From: an uncultured Acidobacteriota bacterium
GTDB lineage: Bacteria; Acidobacteriota; B3-B38; Guanabaribacteriales; CAZYAF01
Reading direction: 5' to 3'
DNA length: 64,000 bases
Assembly (NCBI GenBank): GCA_964645975.1
Contig: CAZYAF010000010.1
Location: forward strand, 67,682 to 131,681
How positions within the stretch are numbered: position 1 is the first letter of the stretch; every line of letters starts with the position of its first letter. Below are positions 46,172 to 56,116 of the stretch, piece by piece. A model generated the notes under the pieces. The model was not told the origin of the DNA. It saw only the letters and a list, made by a program, of their open reading frames with translations, and did not search any database. The translations under genes were made by a program, and so were the position numbers.

Positions 46172-47755
46172 ATGAATAAAGCAGGTGAAGGACATAAGGT
46201 ATTAGTATTAAATGACAAAGAGCCTAAGGAAACTTTAGAACAGCTAACTAAACAAATTGCCAAAGGAGGGAGTATTGCTTCTATTGGCAGCATGATCGGA
46301 AAAGCTCTTGGCTTTGGATTGCATATTCTATTGGGAAGGATACTGGGACCTGCACAATATGGGCTTTATGCGTTGGGGCGTAGCGTGATGGGTATTACCC
46401 AATCTATAGCTACTTTAGGTTTGAACCAAGGAGTCGTTCGATATGGAGCAATATACCGTGGTGAGAGGGATAATGCTCGAGTGAAAGGAACAATTCTTTC
46501 CGCACTTGGGATTTCTATGGTCTTCAGCATTCTTATTAGCGCTTTATTGGTCCTCTTCTCCAGTTTCATCGCTCAGAGGATCTTTAAAGAGCCTGAACTT
46601 ATAAAGGTGCTTCAGGTCCTTGCTTTAGCGCTTCCCTTCTATGTGCTTATGGGTATAACAACCTCATTTGCGCAGTCGTTCCGAAGAATTTGGTATCAGC
46701 AAGGAGTTCTAAAAATCTTTAACCCAATAGTCCACTTTCTCTTGGTTGGAATAGCCTTCCTACTTGGTTTTCGACTTGCTGGCGCAGTCTATGGATTTTT
46801 GATTTCTGGAGTACTTAGTGCCGGTTTGGGATTTTATTTCTTATGGAAGATCTTTCCCGAGGTTAAGTCGCTTCTTGCACCATCATATAATATTAGGCAG
46901 TTGCTTTTCTTTTCCCTTCCGACTTTTTTCATTGGCATTTCATATTTATTACTGAATTATACTGATCGAATAATGCTGGGATATTTTAGAGCAGCCAGCG
47001 ATGTAGGTATTTATAGCGCCGCATCTACTACATCTTTACAAATGGCTATATTTTTAGCTGCTTTTATCACAATTTTCTCACCCATAGTATCTAATTTATA
47101 CAATCAAGCAAAACGTAAAGAATTGGAAAATTTGTTCAAGGTTGTAACCAGATGGGTATTTACCTTAACACTACCACTATTTATTATAATAGCGATATTC
47201 TCAAAAAGCATTATGCTCATATTCGGTTCAGAGTTTGTAGCAGGTTGGATAGTATTAATTATTCTTGCCTTTGCTCAGCTGGTCAATGTTGGGACAGGCC
47301 CAGTTGGTATGCTGCTGCAAATGACAGGTAAACAATATATTGATTTCGCCAATGGATGGGGACTTTTTCTTTGCAACATTGGCTTAAATTTGTGGTTAAT
47401 CCCAATTTATGGTGCTTTAGGAGCAGCATTAGCAACTGGAATATCCTTGATGCTCATTCATATAGCAAGGTTGGTGGAAGTTTTAAAAATCTTATATATA
47501 ACTCCTTATGATAAGCGCTTTATTAAGCCAATTTTAGCCGGACTTATTATGGCAATAGGAGCCATATTTTTTAAATTAATTATTCGAAGCTTTACAAGCT
47601 GGATTTGGATTTTTTTAGGTTTAAGTCTTTTGGTGATTGTTTACATTGCAATCCTTTATGCAATAGGCTTAGATCAGGAGGATAAGATTGTATTGTCGGC
47701 AGTTAAGAGAAAGCTTTTAAAGACAAATTTTAGTTTATTTCGACAAAAGCTTTAG
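46172..47755 (+). CDS. Oligosaccharide flippase (Wzx, MOP superfamily polysaccharide biosynthesis protein)
   Basis: About 12-14 TM helices. Typical polysacc_synt N-terminal region. Size fits the family. Confidence 0.7.
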   Translation: MNKAGEGHKVLVLNDKEPKETLEQLTKQIAKGGSIASIGSMIGKALGFGLHILLGRILGPAQYGLYALGRSVMGITQSIATLGLNQGVVRYGAIYRGERDNARVKGTILSALGISMVFSILISALLVLFSSFIAQRIFKEPELIKVLQVLALALPFYVLMGITTSFAQSFRRIWYQQGVLKIFNPIVHFLLVGIAFLLGFRLAGAVYGFLISGVLSAGLGFYFLWKIFPEVKSLLAPSYNIRQLLFFSLPTFFIGISYLLLNYTDRIMLGYFRAASDVGIYSAASTTSLQMAIFLAAFITIFSPIVSNLYNQAKRKELENLFKVVTRWVFTLTLPLFIIIAIFSKSIMLIFGSEFVAGWIVLIILAFAQLVNVGTGPVGMLLQMTGKQYIDFANGWGLFLCNIGLNLWLIPIYGALGAALATGISLMLIHIARLVEVLKILYITPYDKRFIKPILAGLIMAIGAIFFKLIIRSFTSWIWIFLGLSLLVIVYIAILYAIGLDQEDKIVLSAVKRKLLKTNFSLFRQKL

Positions 47756-47873
47756 CTATTAACTTAGATGTAGAAGATTGGCGTGCGGTAATACTGCTAA
47801 TTCATCAAAGTTTGTGCAGTGTTAAATGGGATTTGTTTGAAACTTAAACATTTATTTTTTTCATTGAATAAAA

Positions 47874-48845
47874 ATGAAAAATATTATTTTCATTTTTTCT
47901 TTACCAAGATCTGGTTCTACTTTACTACAAAAAATATTAATGTCTCATAGCAAGATTGATTCTGTATCAGAACCTTGGATTCTTCTACCATTCCTTTATA
48001 CATTAAAACCCGAAGGAGTTTTTACAGAATATGATGCTGGAACTTGCTATCGAGCAATTCAGGATTTTATTAGTAACATGCCTAACAAAGAGCAAGATTA
48101 TATAAATGCGATAAGATCCTTTGCAATTTCTTTGTATGATAAAATATGTGATCCTAATGCGAGGTATTTTCTTGACAAAACCCCTCGCTACTATTTGATC
48201 ATTCAATTAATAGCTGATCTATTTCCCAATGCAAAATTTATATTTTTATTTCGCAACCCTTTGGAAGTATTGGCATCAATTATCAAAACCTGGGGAAAGG
48301 GAAAATTTAAAATTTATCATAGCTATTTGGATCTTTACGAAGGACCGAAGCTCTTAGCACAAGGGTATCGTCAATTTAAAGAAAGAAGCCTTAAAATAAG
48401 ATACAACGATTTAGTAATTTCGCCGGAGGCCACACTTCGTAAAATATTCGAATATTTAGAATTAGAATACAAAGTGGATGTTATAAATTATTTTAGCAAA
48501 ATAAAATTAAAGGGAAGAATGGGTGATCCTTATAATTATAGATACATTAAAATTGAAAAAAAAAGCTTAGAAAATTGGAAGAAGATTTTATGTTTTAGAT
48601 TTAGACGATTTTTTGCTAAAAGGTATCTAAAATATTTAGGTGAATCCATACATAATACCTTTGGATTTGATATTAATGATTTACTCAGTCAATTAAAATC
48701 CCTAAAAGTTTCCAATAGGCATATATTTTCAGACATTTTGAACTATTATGGGGGTGCTCTCAGTCGCATTTTGGAATTGCCCATGCAAAAAAAAAGGCTC
48801 AGAAATTTGATTACAAGAAATGAAAGATTATATCTGCATTCTTGA
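47874..48845 (+). CDS. Sulfotransferase family protein (PAPS-dependent)
   Basis: 5'-PSB-like P-loop FIFSLPRSGSTLLQKIL. 3'-PB-like region FIFLFRNPLEVLAS. Confidence 0.7.
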   Translation: MKNIIFIFSLPRSGSTLLQKILMSHSKIDSVSEPWILLPFLYTLKPEGVFTEYDAGTCYRAIQDFISNMPNKEQDYINAIRSFAISLYDKICDPNARYFLDKTPRYYLIIQLIADLFPNAKFIFLFRNPLEVLASIIKTWGKGKFKIYHSYLDLYEGPKLLAQGYRQFKERSLKIRYNDLVISPEATLRKIFEYLELEYKVDVINYFSKIKLKGRMGDPYNYRYIKIEKKSLENWKKILCFRFRRFFAKRYLKYLGESIHNTFGFDINDLLSQLKSLKVSNRHIFSDILNYYGGALSRILELPMQKKRLRNLITRNERLYLHS

Positions 48846-49035
48846 TTCCACGGACTTTGACGAGAAGATTTTTTAAGGTGCTACTTCATTAAAAGTAATC
48901 ATATTAAATTGCCAGCATATTACATAGTGTAAAAAATTATTGAATATATAGGCAGAATGTACTTTATTAATATTTTTGTATAAAAAAACTGAATAAATTT
49001 TAAATCAATAATATTTATATATAGTAAAGATAGTT

Positions 49036-50328
49036 ATGCAGTCAAAGAGACAGATTTCTACAATTATATTCATTTGGCTTTGTTTAATAATTTTCCTTTT
49101 ACCTATATTTACTACTGGAACGTTCAGAGTTCCATTTTTTTCTAAATTTAAAACTGACTTTTTAATTTTGTTATCTGTGTATTTAATACCTGTTACTATA
49201 TTAATTGAAAAATCAAAAATCCCTTATTCATTCTCTGATTTATTTATTTATTCGCTTTTTATTTTAATCCTATCATTATTTTATATTGCATCTTTTTGGA
49301 TATCAAAATCTACTGATATCTCAATTCAATATTGGAAAGCATTAATAATTCATTGTTTATTTTCAATAATGATATTATTAACATTAAGAAATTATTATCG
49401 ATATAAAACAATTTGTAATTTAATGGTATTAGGTAGCATAATTGTAAGTCTTGTCTCATTAGCAAAATTAGTTGGTATCATCCCCCTAGAATACCCAGTA
49501 CCAGAAAAACAATATCTTGATCTTAATATTTATATTCAAAGCAATATAATGTATGGCATAAAAACAAATTATGGTACATTTTTTACTTCAGGACGATTTT
49601 CAATGTGGCAGAGTTTTGGTTTATGTTTTCTTTCTTATATTTTAATATTTGAAAAAAGACATTATTTAAAAAAGTTTTTGTGTTTAATAGGGTGTGTTAT
49701 GATTATTAGTTCAATCATAATTGCACTTTCTAGAAATGCAATATTAGTATCATCTGTAGGGATAATTATTTTATTATTTATAAAGATCCATAGCAGTTGG
49801 AAAAGAAGCAGCTTATATGGCAGAGTTTTAATTAGTTGTCTTTTTTCAATTTTTCTATTTTTATGCATTTTATATGGAATCAAAATATTCTATTTTGCTG
49901 AAAGCGTAAGAGGTTTCGAAGGACGCTTTGATCAATGGAGGCTAGCTTTCTTTTTGCTGCAGGACCATTGGTTTTTTGGGATAGGTCCAGGTGTTTTCTC
50001 TTTATTTGCGGTTCTCAATCCATTTATGCATAATACTTATTTACAGATTTGGCTTGCTTCTGGATTTATCAGCCTTATTTTATTCATATTTCTATTTCTG
50101 TTTCCTATCATTCATATTTTCAAATTTTTAAAAATTAATTATAGTATAAAAAATTTGTCTTCTCCTGGTGTTTATTCATTAACAATTTGCATGATAGTTG
50201 TGAATGCTTGTTGGATGTTAGCATTGCTGTTCTTTCCAGGATTGCACATTCATGAAGTTTGGCTAGCAATTGGGTTAATTTCCTCTTTGCCTAATCTGAT
50301 TAGAAATGAAAAGCTTTTGACCTCGTAA
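49036..50328 (+). CDS. O-antigen polymerase-like polytopic membrane protein (second Wzy-type candidate)
   Basis: Very hydrophobic with about 10-12 TM helices. Large loop with LSRNAILVSS similar to the Wzy_C loop. Confidence 0.5.
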   Translation: MQSKRQISTIIFIWLCLIIFLLPIFTTGTFRVPFFSKFKTDFLILLSVYLIPVTILIEKSKIPYSFSDLFIYSLFILILSLFYIASFWISKSTDISIQYWKALIIHCLFSIMILLTLRNYYRYKTICNLMVLGSIIVSLVSLAKLVGIIPLEYPVPEKQYLDLNIYIQSNIMYGIKTNYGTFFTSGRFSMWQSFGLCFLSYILIFEKRHYLKKFLCLIGCVMIISSIIIALSRNAILVSSVGIIILLFIKIHSSWKRSSLYGRVLISCLFSIFLFLCILYGIKIFYFAESVRGFEGRFDQWRLAFFLLQDHWFFGIGPGVFSLFAVLNPFMHNTYLQIWLASGFISLILFIFLFLFPIIHIFKFLKINYSIKNLSSPGVYSLTICMIVVNACWMLALLFFPGLHIHEVWLAIGLISSLPNLIRNEKLLTS

Positions 50329-50335
50329 ATATGGG

Positions 50336-51214
50336 ATGAAAATGAATATTAAAGCAAATAATGATAAATCATTATTATATAAAGATATGCTGTCTCAGAA
50401 AGATCAATATTGGCCAAAAATGTCAATTATTACTCCTTCTTTTAATCAGGGAGGATTTATCGAAAAGACCATTTTAAGTGTTTTGAATCAGGATTATCCC
50501 TATATTGAGTATATTGTGATGGATGGCGGCTCAACGGATAATACATTATTAATACTGAAGGAATATGAAGACAGAATTATTTGGAAATCAGAGGCGGACA
50601 AAGGGCAATCAGATGCTGTCAACAAGGGCTTTGAGCTGGCGACTGGAGAGATTTTAGCCTGGCTTAATTCGGATGATACTTATAAGCCAGGATGCATAAG
50701 AACAGTAGCGAATCACTTTCTTAATAATACTAAATTAGATGTTTTGTTTGGGGATTGTAATCTTATCGATGAGTTTGATGAGCAAATTGGCATATATAAA
50801 GCTGGGCCCATCAATTTTAATAAATGGTTATATCGTGGAGAAATTTATGTGGCTCAACCAAGTGTTTTTTTTCGAAAATCAATTATAGAGAAAATTGGCA
50901 GACTTGATAAAGCTTTGCATATTAATATGGATCATGATTTTTGGATTCGTATGGCAAAAGCCGGATTGAATATGAAATATATTAATGTAACACTTTCTAA
51001 TTTTCGCTTTCATAAAAGCTCGAAAACTACACAAGCCATCAGTAAACATAGAATTTATCATTTGCGTCTCTTAAAAAAATATGGAATTGGACCGTATCTC
51101 TTTTATTTTATTCGATACATTTTTCTTCTAAAAATAAAGAAAATTCTATTTGGGGAGAAAAAGATTTTAAAGAGAAAACCGCAAAAGCTTGGTAATATTT
51201 TTTGGGAGAGATAA
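50336..51214 (+). CDS. GT2 family glycosyltransferase
   Basis: MSIITPSFNQGGFIEKTILSVLNQ...MDGGSTDNT are GT-A motifs. Confidence 0.75.
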   Translation: MKMNIKANNDKSLLYKDMLSQKDQYWPKMSIITPSFNQGGFIEKTILSVLNQDYPYIEYIVMDGGSTDNTLLILKEYEDRIIWKSEADKGQSDAVNKGFELATGEILAWLNSDDTYKPGCIRTVANHFLNNTKLDVLFGDCNLIDEFDEQIGIYKAGPINFNKWLYRGEIYVAQPSVFFRKSIIEKIGRLDKALHINMDHDFWIRMAKAGLNMKYINVTLSNFRFHKSSKTTQAISKHRIYHLRLLKKYGIGPYLFYFIRYIFLLKIKKILFGEKKILKRKPQKLGNIFWER

Positions 51215-52368
51215 AAAACATACTATTTATTCATAATACGGCTCAACTTGGAGGAGCTTCAAATGCCTTGTTGGATATATTATCCTATTTGGAAAAAAAA
51301 GAGTTTAATCCAGTTGTCCTTTTAAATAGACGAGGTCCATTAGGAAAAATTCTTAAAGAAAGAGATATTAAAACATATGAATCAAGATTCTCTGTATTGG
51401 CCTGCTATGAATATGCTCCGCTTAATTTTTCTATCTTCACTATCAAGAAATTGTTGACTTTCTTTATTTTTCTCCCAAAGACATTAATCACACTACTCAT
51501 TATTTTAAAACGAGAAAACATTAACCTTTTATATTTAAATACAAGCGGCCTTATTGGATGCGTTTTTCCTGCTCGAATTTTTAGTGTACCGATTATCACT
51601 CACATCCGTGAAATGCCATATCATAACTGGATAGGCAAGATAATATTTAAGACGTTAAGAATTTTTTCCAAAGAAATTTTTTGTAATTCATTAGAAACTA
51701 AAAAAGCAGCTGATATGATGGTAAAGAACAGCAAACTAGTTTATGATTGGGTGGATGCTGATAAATTTTCTCCTTTATCCCCTGAAGAAGCTAAAAAATC
51801 CTTAAATATTTCAAATAATCAAATTTGTATAGGAATGGCAAATCAGCTTCTAAAAGAGAAAGGGATATTTGTATTCTTTAAGGCAGCAGAAACTATTTTA
51901 TCTAAAAATTATCAGTGTAAATTTTTTTATATTGGGAAATTTACCCGAAATAAAGATCGAGTATGTTTAATGCAAATGATAGAAAAATCAGGTTTCAGCG
52001 AAAAATTCGTATTTACTGGCATGCTCAAGGATATAAGTAAACATTTAGCAGCTATGGATATTGTCATTTCACCAAATATAAGAGCAGAAGGCTTTGGTAA
52101 GACAATTATTGAGGCTCAAGCTATGGAAAGGTGTTTGATAGCTTCTGACATAGGCCCAACTGATGAGTTAGTTAGATCTGGAATTACATCAGAACTAATT
52201 GAGCCAAACAATCCAAAAGCATTAGCAGATTCTATTGAATATTTTCTTAATAATCCTTTAAAAAGAGAGCAATTTGGAAAGAATGGAAGACAGTTTGTAA
52301 TAGAAAAATTCAGCCACATAAAATGGATTGATGAGATATTTACTACTATAGATTGTATTTTAAATTGA
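51202..52368 (+). CDS. GT4 family glycosyltransferase (GT-B)
   Basis: EGFGKTIIEAQAMERCLIASDIGPTDELV is the EX7E region. Confidence 0.7.
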   Translation: MGEIKNILFIHNTAQLGGASNALLDILSYLEKKEFNPVVLLNRRGPLGKILKERDIKTYESRFSVLACYEYAPLNFSIFTIKKLLTFFIFLPKTLITLLIILKRENINLLYLNTSGLIGCVFPARIFSVPIITHIREMPYHNWIGKIIFKTLRIFSKEIFCNSLETKKAADMMVKNSKLVYDWVDADKFSPLSPEEAKKSLNISNNQICIGMANQLLKEKGIFVFFKAAETILSKNYQCKFFYIGKFTRNKDRVCLMQMIEKSGFSEKFVFTGMLKDISKHLAAMDIVISPNIRAEGFGKTIIEAQAMERCLIASDIGPTDELVRSGITSELIEPNNPKALADSIEYFLNNPLKREQFGKNGRQFVIEKFSHIKWIDEIFTTIDCILN

Positions 52369-52545
52369 TAAAATTGAAAAAAGTATGCGAAATACTTAAA
52401 AATGCTTGATAGAAATTCTATTTCTCATAAATGTTTATAGCATTATTATTTTCCAAAATATTTCGTACTTTTTGAAGTATAAGCTACTATATTGGTTATT
52501 TATGATGATGCTTACATTAAAGAATATAGGAAAAATAGTGAAAAG

Positions 52546-53496
52546 ATGAAAATACTAGTAGTTGGTGGAGCTGGTTATATTGGTGGTAATGTAACGGATG
52601 TTTTATTAAAAAGGAGGATTCCTTTTACCGTATATGATAACCTCCTTTATGAATACCATTATTTGAAGCCTGTGGAATTTATCTGGGGAGATGTTAGAGA
52701 TACAAAAAAGTTGAAAAAATTATTACCAGATTATACACACATAATATGGTTAGCTGCAATAGTAGGTGATGGAGCATGTCAGATAAAGCCAGAATTAACT
52801 ATTAATGTCAATCAAGAATCAATTAGATGGCTTGCGCAAAATTATTATGGCAGAATTATATTTGCATCCACTTGTTCTGTATATGGTAAAGCTGAAAGTG
52901 AGGTGTATGAATCCTCACCTTTAAATCCTATATCGCTCTATGCTCAAACAAAGGCGGAAGCGGAGAAAATTCTTATAGAAAAAGATAGTTTGATTTTTCG
53001 TCTAGGAACAGTTTTTGGAATTTCAGATAAATACTCTCGATTGAGAATGGATTTAGTTGTCAATTATATGACAGCTAATGCCATTGTTTACGGTAAATTA
53101 TCAGTTTATGGAGGAACTCAATGGCGACCTTTAATTCATGTGCATAATATCGCAGAAGCAATTGTAAATAGCTTAGATCAGGATGTTAGAGGAATATATA
53201 ACCTCGCAACTTTTAATTATCAAATCAAAGATTTAGCTAAAGAGATTAGTGAATATATAGGCTGTAAAATAATGTTTGTCAAGCAAAAATTTCAAGATCA
53301 GCGCAATTATCATGTAAATGTTAACAAGGCTAAAAATGAAGGATTATTAAATTTCGAAAAAATTTATACTATTTCTGATGGAGTGAAAGAGCTGTCTAAT
53401 CTAATAAATTCTGAAAGAATAAAATATACAGAAAATGATATTTATTTTAATGAAAGACACATTTCTAATTTAAATAATCATGGAAAATTTATCTAA
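52546..53496 (+). CDS. NAD-dependent epimerase/dehydratase family protein
   Basis: MKILVVGGAGYIGGNV Rossmann motif. YAQTK catalytic YxxxK. Confidence 0.7.
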   Translation: MKILVVGGAGYIGGNVTDVLLKRRIPFTVYDNLLYEYHYLKPVEFIWGDVRDTKKLKKLLPDYTHIIWLAAIVGDGACQIKPELTINVNQESIRWLAQNYYGRIIFASTCSVYGKAESEVYESSPLNPISLYAQTKAEAEKILIEKDSLIFRLGTVFGISDKYSRLRMDLVVNYMTANAIVYGKLSVYGGTQWRPLIHVHNIAEAIVNSLDQDVRGIYNLATFNYQIKDLAKEISEYIGCKIMFVKQKFQDQRNYHVNVNKAKNEGLLNFEKIYTISDGVKELSNLINSERIKYTENDIYFNERHISNLNNHGKFI

Positions 53497-53938
53497 CAAG
53501 CCAGTATTGATCGAAGGCGGCATTGCCATCGATGATAGGGGACGGCTAATATTTGTTAACGATTTTGATTTTAAAGGTGTCAAACGTTTTTATATGATAG
53601 AAAATCTTTCAACAGATGTAATCCGAGCGTTTCACGGGCATCGTAAAGACGCGAAATATATATTAGTTATATCCGGATCAGCCATTGTTGCTGCTGTAGA
53701 AATGAATGATTGTCGTCACCCCAACAAAAACAATAAGGTTTACCGATTTGTTCTCTCATCAAGAAAGCCATGCATTTTATATATTCCTTCATCTTATGCT
53801 AATGGTTTCAAAGCCCTAGAACAAAATACGAAAATAATATTTTTTTCTACTTCATCCTTAGAAGAATCAGAAAATGATGACTTCCGTTTTCCATATGATT
53901 ATTGGGGGAAAGCTATTTGGGAAGTTGATAATCGTTGA
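53480..53938 (+). CDS. WxcM/FdtA-like cupin (dTDP-sugar 3,4-ketoisomerase-like)
   Basis: FVNDFDFKGVKRFYMIENLSTDVIRAFHGHRK resembles the FdtA/QdtA/WxcM domain core. Confidence 0.5.
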   Translation: MENLSNKPVLIEGGIAIDDRGRLIFVNDFDFKGVKRFYMIENLSTDVIRAFHGHRKDAKYILVISGSAIVAAVEMNDCRHPNKNNKVYRFVLSSRKPCILYIPSSYANGFKALEQNTKIIFFSTSSLEESENDDFRFPYDYWGKAIWEVDNR

Positions 53939-53963
53939 ATATCAATAAAGGACAAAAGGAATA

Positions 53964-54842
53964 ATGAAGAAGGTTTTAATATTTGGTGCGACAGGAATGC
54001 TTGGGAATGCAGTTTACGGAGTTTTAAAGGATAAGTATAATCTGGTTTTAACAGTAAGAGACTTGGATAAAATCAAGCTTTTAGAGAAAGCTTATGGGAG
54101 AATAAAAAATCATTTAGTAGTTACGTTTGATGTCTGCAATATTTATCAAGATTTTTTAAATAAAAAGGGCCATCCAGGGATTTATCTTCAATCTTTCTTA
54201 GATAAATTTGAGAATGTTGATTATGTTATTAATGCTATTGGCATTACTATCCCCTTTTCTTTGCAAGATTCAGCTATGACTTTTTTCATTAATAGTGCAT
54301 TTCCGCATATATTAGCAAAGCTTTTTGGTGACAAGCTAATTCACATTGCGACAGATTGTGTATTTAATGGTAAAGAAGGATTTCCCTACCATGAAAATTC
54401 TCCTAAAACTCCAGTAGATATATATGGTTTATCAAAAAGTTTAGGAGAACCAGAAAATTGTCTAACTTTAAGAACCTCGATAATTGGCAGAGAGTTAGAA
54501 GATTATACCGGTCTTTTGGAATGGTTTCTTCAGCAAGATAGAAAGCAAATCAATGGATTTGTTGAGCATTATTGGAATGGTATTACAACAAAACAGTTTG
54601 GAATAATATGTGATAAGATTTTTGAACAGCCCCAAAAATATTATAAACCGGGAGTTTATCATATATTTTCCAATATAGTTACAAAGTATGAAATGTTAAT
54701 GAAATTCAAAAAGAAATACAGGATAAACTGTAATATAAAATCTGATCATGAAAACAAATTGAATAGAACTCTTTCGACAGTTTTTAATTTAAATAAAAAG
54801 TTACAAATTCCTTCTTTTGACGAAATGTTGGAGGAACTATAA
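53964..54842 (+). CDS. RmlD-like SDR (dTDP-4-dehydro-6-deoxyhexose reductase family)
   Basis: MKKVLIFGATGMLGNAV Rossmann start. YGLSK catalytic motif. Confidence 0.6.
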   Translation: MKKVLIFGATGMLGNAVYGVLKDKYNLVLTVRDLDKIKLLEKAYGRIKNHLVVTFDVCNIYQDFLNKKGHPGIYLQSFLDKFENVDYVINAIGITIPFSLQDSAMTFFINSAFPHILAKLFGDKLIHIATDCVFNGKEGFPYHENSPKTPVDIYGLSKSLGEPENCLTLRTSIIGRELEDYTGLLEWFLQQDRKQINGFVEHYWNGITTKQFGIICDKIFEQPQKYYKPGVYHIFSNIVTKYEMLMKFKKKYRINCNIKSDHENKLNRTLSTVFNLNKKLQIPSFDEMLEEL

Positions 54843-54848
54843 GTTTAT

Positions 54849-56063
54849 ATGAGAAAATTTAAGCTTATTACATTGCTTGGAATTCGACCTGATTATATTC
54901 GGTTGTTTAAGTTAATTCAGCTTTTAGATAATAGCAAAAATGATTTAGAACACTTGTTAGTTCATTCTGGACAGCATTATAATGAGGAACTTTTTGGCAT
55001 TTTCTTGAAAGAACTTGGCATACGTTATCCAGATATTGATTTAGGGATTGGAAAGACTCTCAGAAATTATGATAAAAACAACCATGCCTCACAACTGGCT
55101 TTACTTTCAGAACGGATATCTGAGCTGATTGAAAAAGAAAAACCTGATGCTGTTATGTATTTAGGCGATACCAATACAGTCCTGTCCTCCGTAGTTGTAG
55201 CAAGAAGTCGTGTGCCGGTCATTCATGTTGAGGCAGGAGGAAGAAGTTTTGATTGGCGAATGCCTGAAGAAAAAAATAGAATTATTATTGATCACCTTTC
55301 TGATGTTCTCTATGCATATTTAGATCGTTATAAAGAAATTCTTATTTCTGAGGGAATTGAGTCCTTTAGAATTAAAGTTATTGGCAATATTATCTATGAT
55401 GCCATTAATAATTTTATATCCAGAGCTGATGAAAGTAAGATTCTTCAAAAACTTGGCTTATCTGAAAAGAATTTTATGCTCTTTACCCTTCATAGAGAAG
55501 AAAATGCCAGCCAGGACAAAAATATCTTAGCCAACAAAATTTTGGATGTCCTTAAATTTGCTAAAGAAAAAGACATGCCTGTAGTTTTTCCAGTTATGCC
55601 TCGGACTAAAGATGCTATTACACGATTTAATTTAAACGACGTCTTGGATGACTCCTTGTTTATTCAAACTAAACCTCTTGGATTTTTCGAATTCTTAAAA
55701 CTGGAAAAATATGCCAGATTAATTGTATCTGACAGCGGAACAGTTCAAGAGGAAGCATTGATCTTAGGTGTGCCTTGTGTTGTAGCTCGTCGATCTACTG
55801 AAAGACCGGAGACAATTTGGGCTGGCGCAACGATCTTAGAGAAACATGAAGGAAAAAACACACTGTATAATGGCATGGTGGAAGCTTTTGACATGAAAGT
55901 AAATTGGGATAGAGATGTTTTAAATCCTGATGGCGGTAGCCCCAGTGAAAAAGTATACTATGATTTAATTGCGCGAATAGAAATTGATTTTTTTAGTAAA
56001 TCAAGAAGCTTTAAAGTAATTAAAAATAATCCTTTCGCTAAACAAGCTTATGATGAGAAATAA
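54849..56063 (+). CDS. wecB: UDP-N-acetylglucosamine 2-epimerase (non-hydrolysing, WecB family)
   Basis: LITLLGIRPDYIRL...HSGQHY...GDTN...HVEAG are conserved epimerase_2 motifs. Confidence 0.75.
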   Translation: MRKFKLITLLGIRPDYIRLFKLIQLLDNSKNDLEHLLVHSGQHYNEELFGIFLKELGIRYPDIDLGIGKTLRNYDKNNHASQLALLSERISELIEKEKPDAVMYLGDTNTVLSSVVVARSRVPVIHVEAGGRSFDWRMPEEKNRIIIDHLSDVLYAYLDRYKEILISEGIESFRIKVIGNIIYDAINNFISRADESKILQKLGLSEKNFMLFTLHREENASQDKNILANKILDVLKFAKEKDMPVVFPVMPRTKDAITRFNLNDVLDDSLFIQTKPLGFFEFLKLEKYARLIVSDSGTVQEEALILGVPCVVARRSTERPETIWAGATILEKHEGKNTLYNGMVEAFDMKVNWDRDVLNPDGGSPSEKVYYDLIARIEIDFFSKSRSFKVIKNNPFAKQAYDEK

Positions 56064-56116
56064 TATGATTATAGATTAGTTAACTGATAAGTCAGCAAAA
56101 AAAGTGGTATTTCTCA

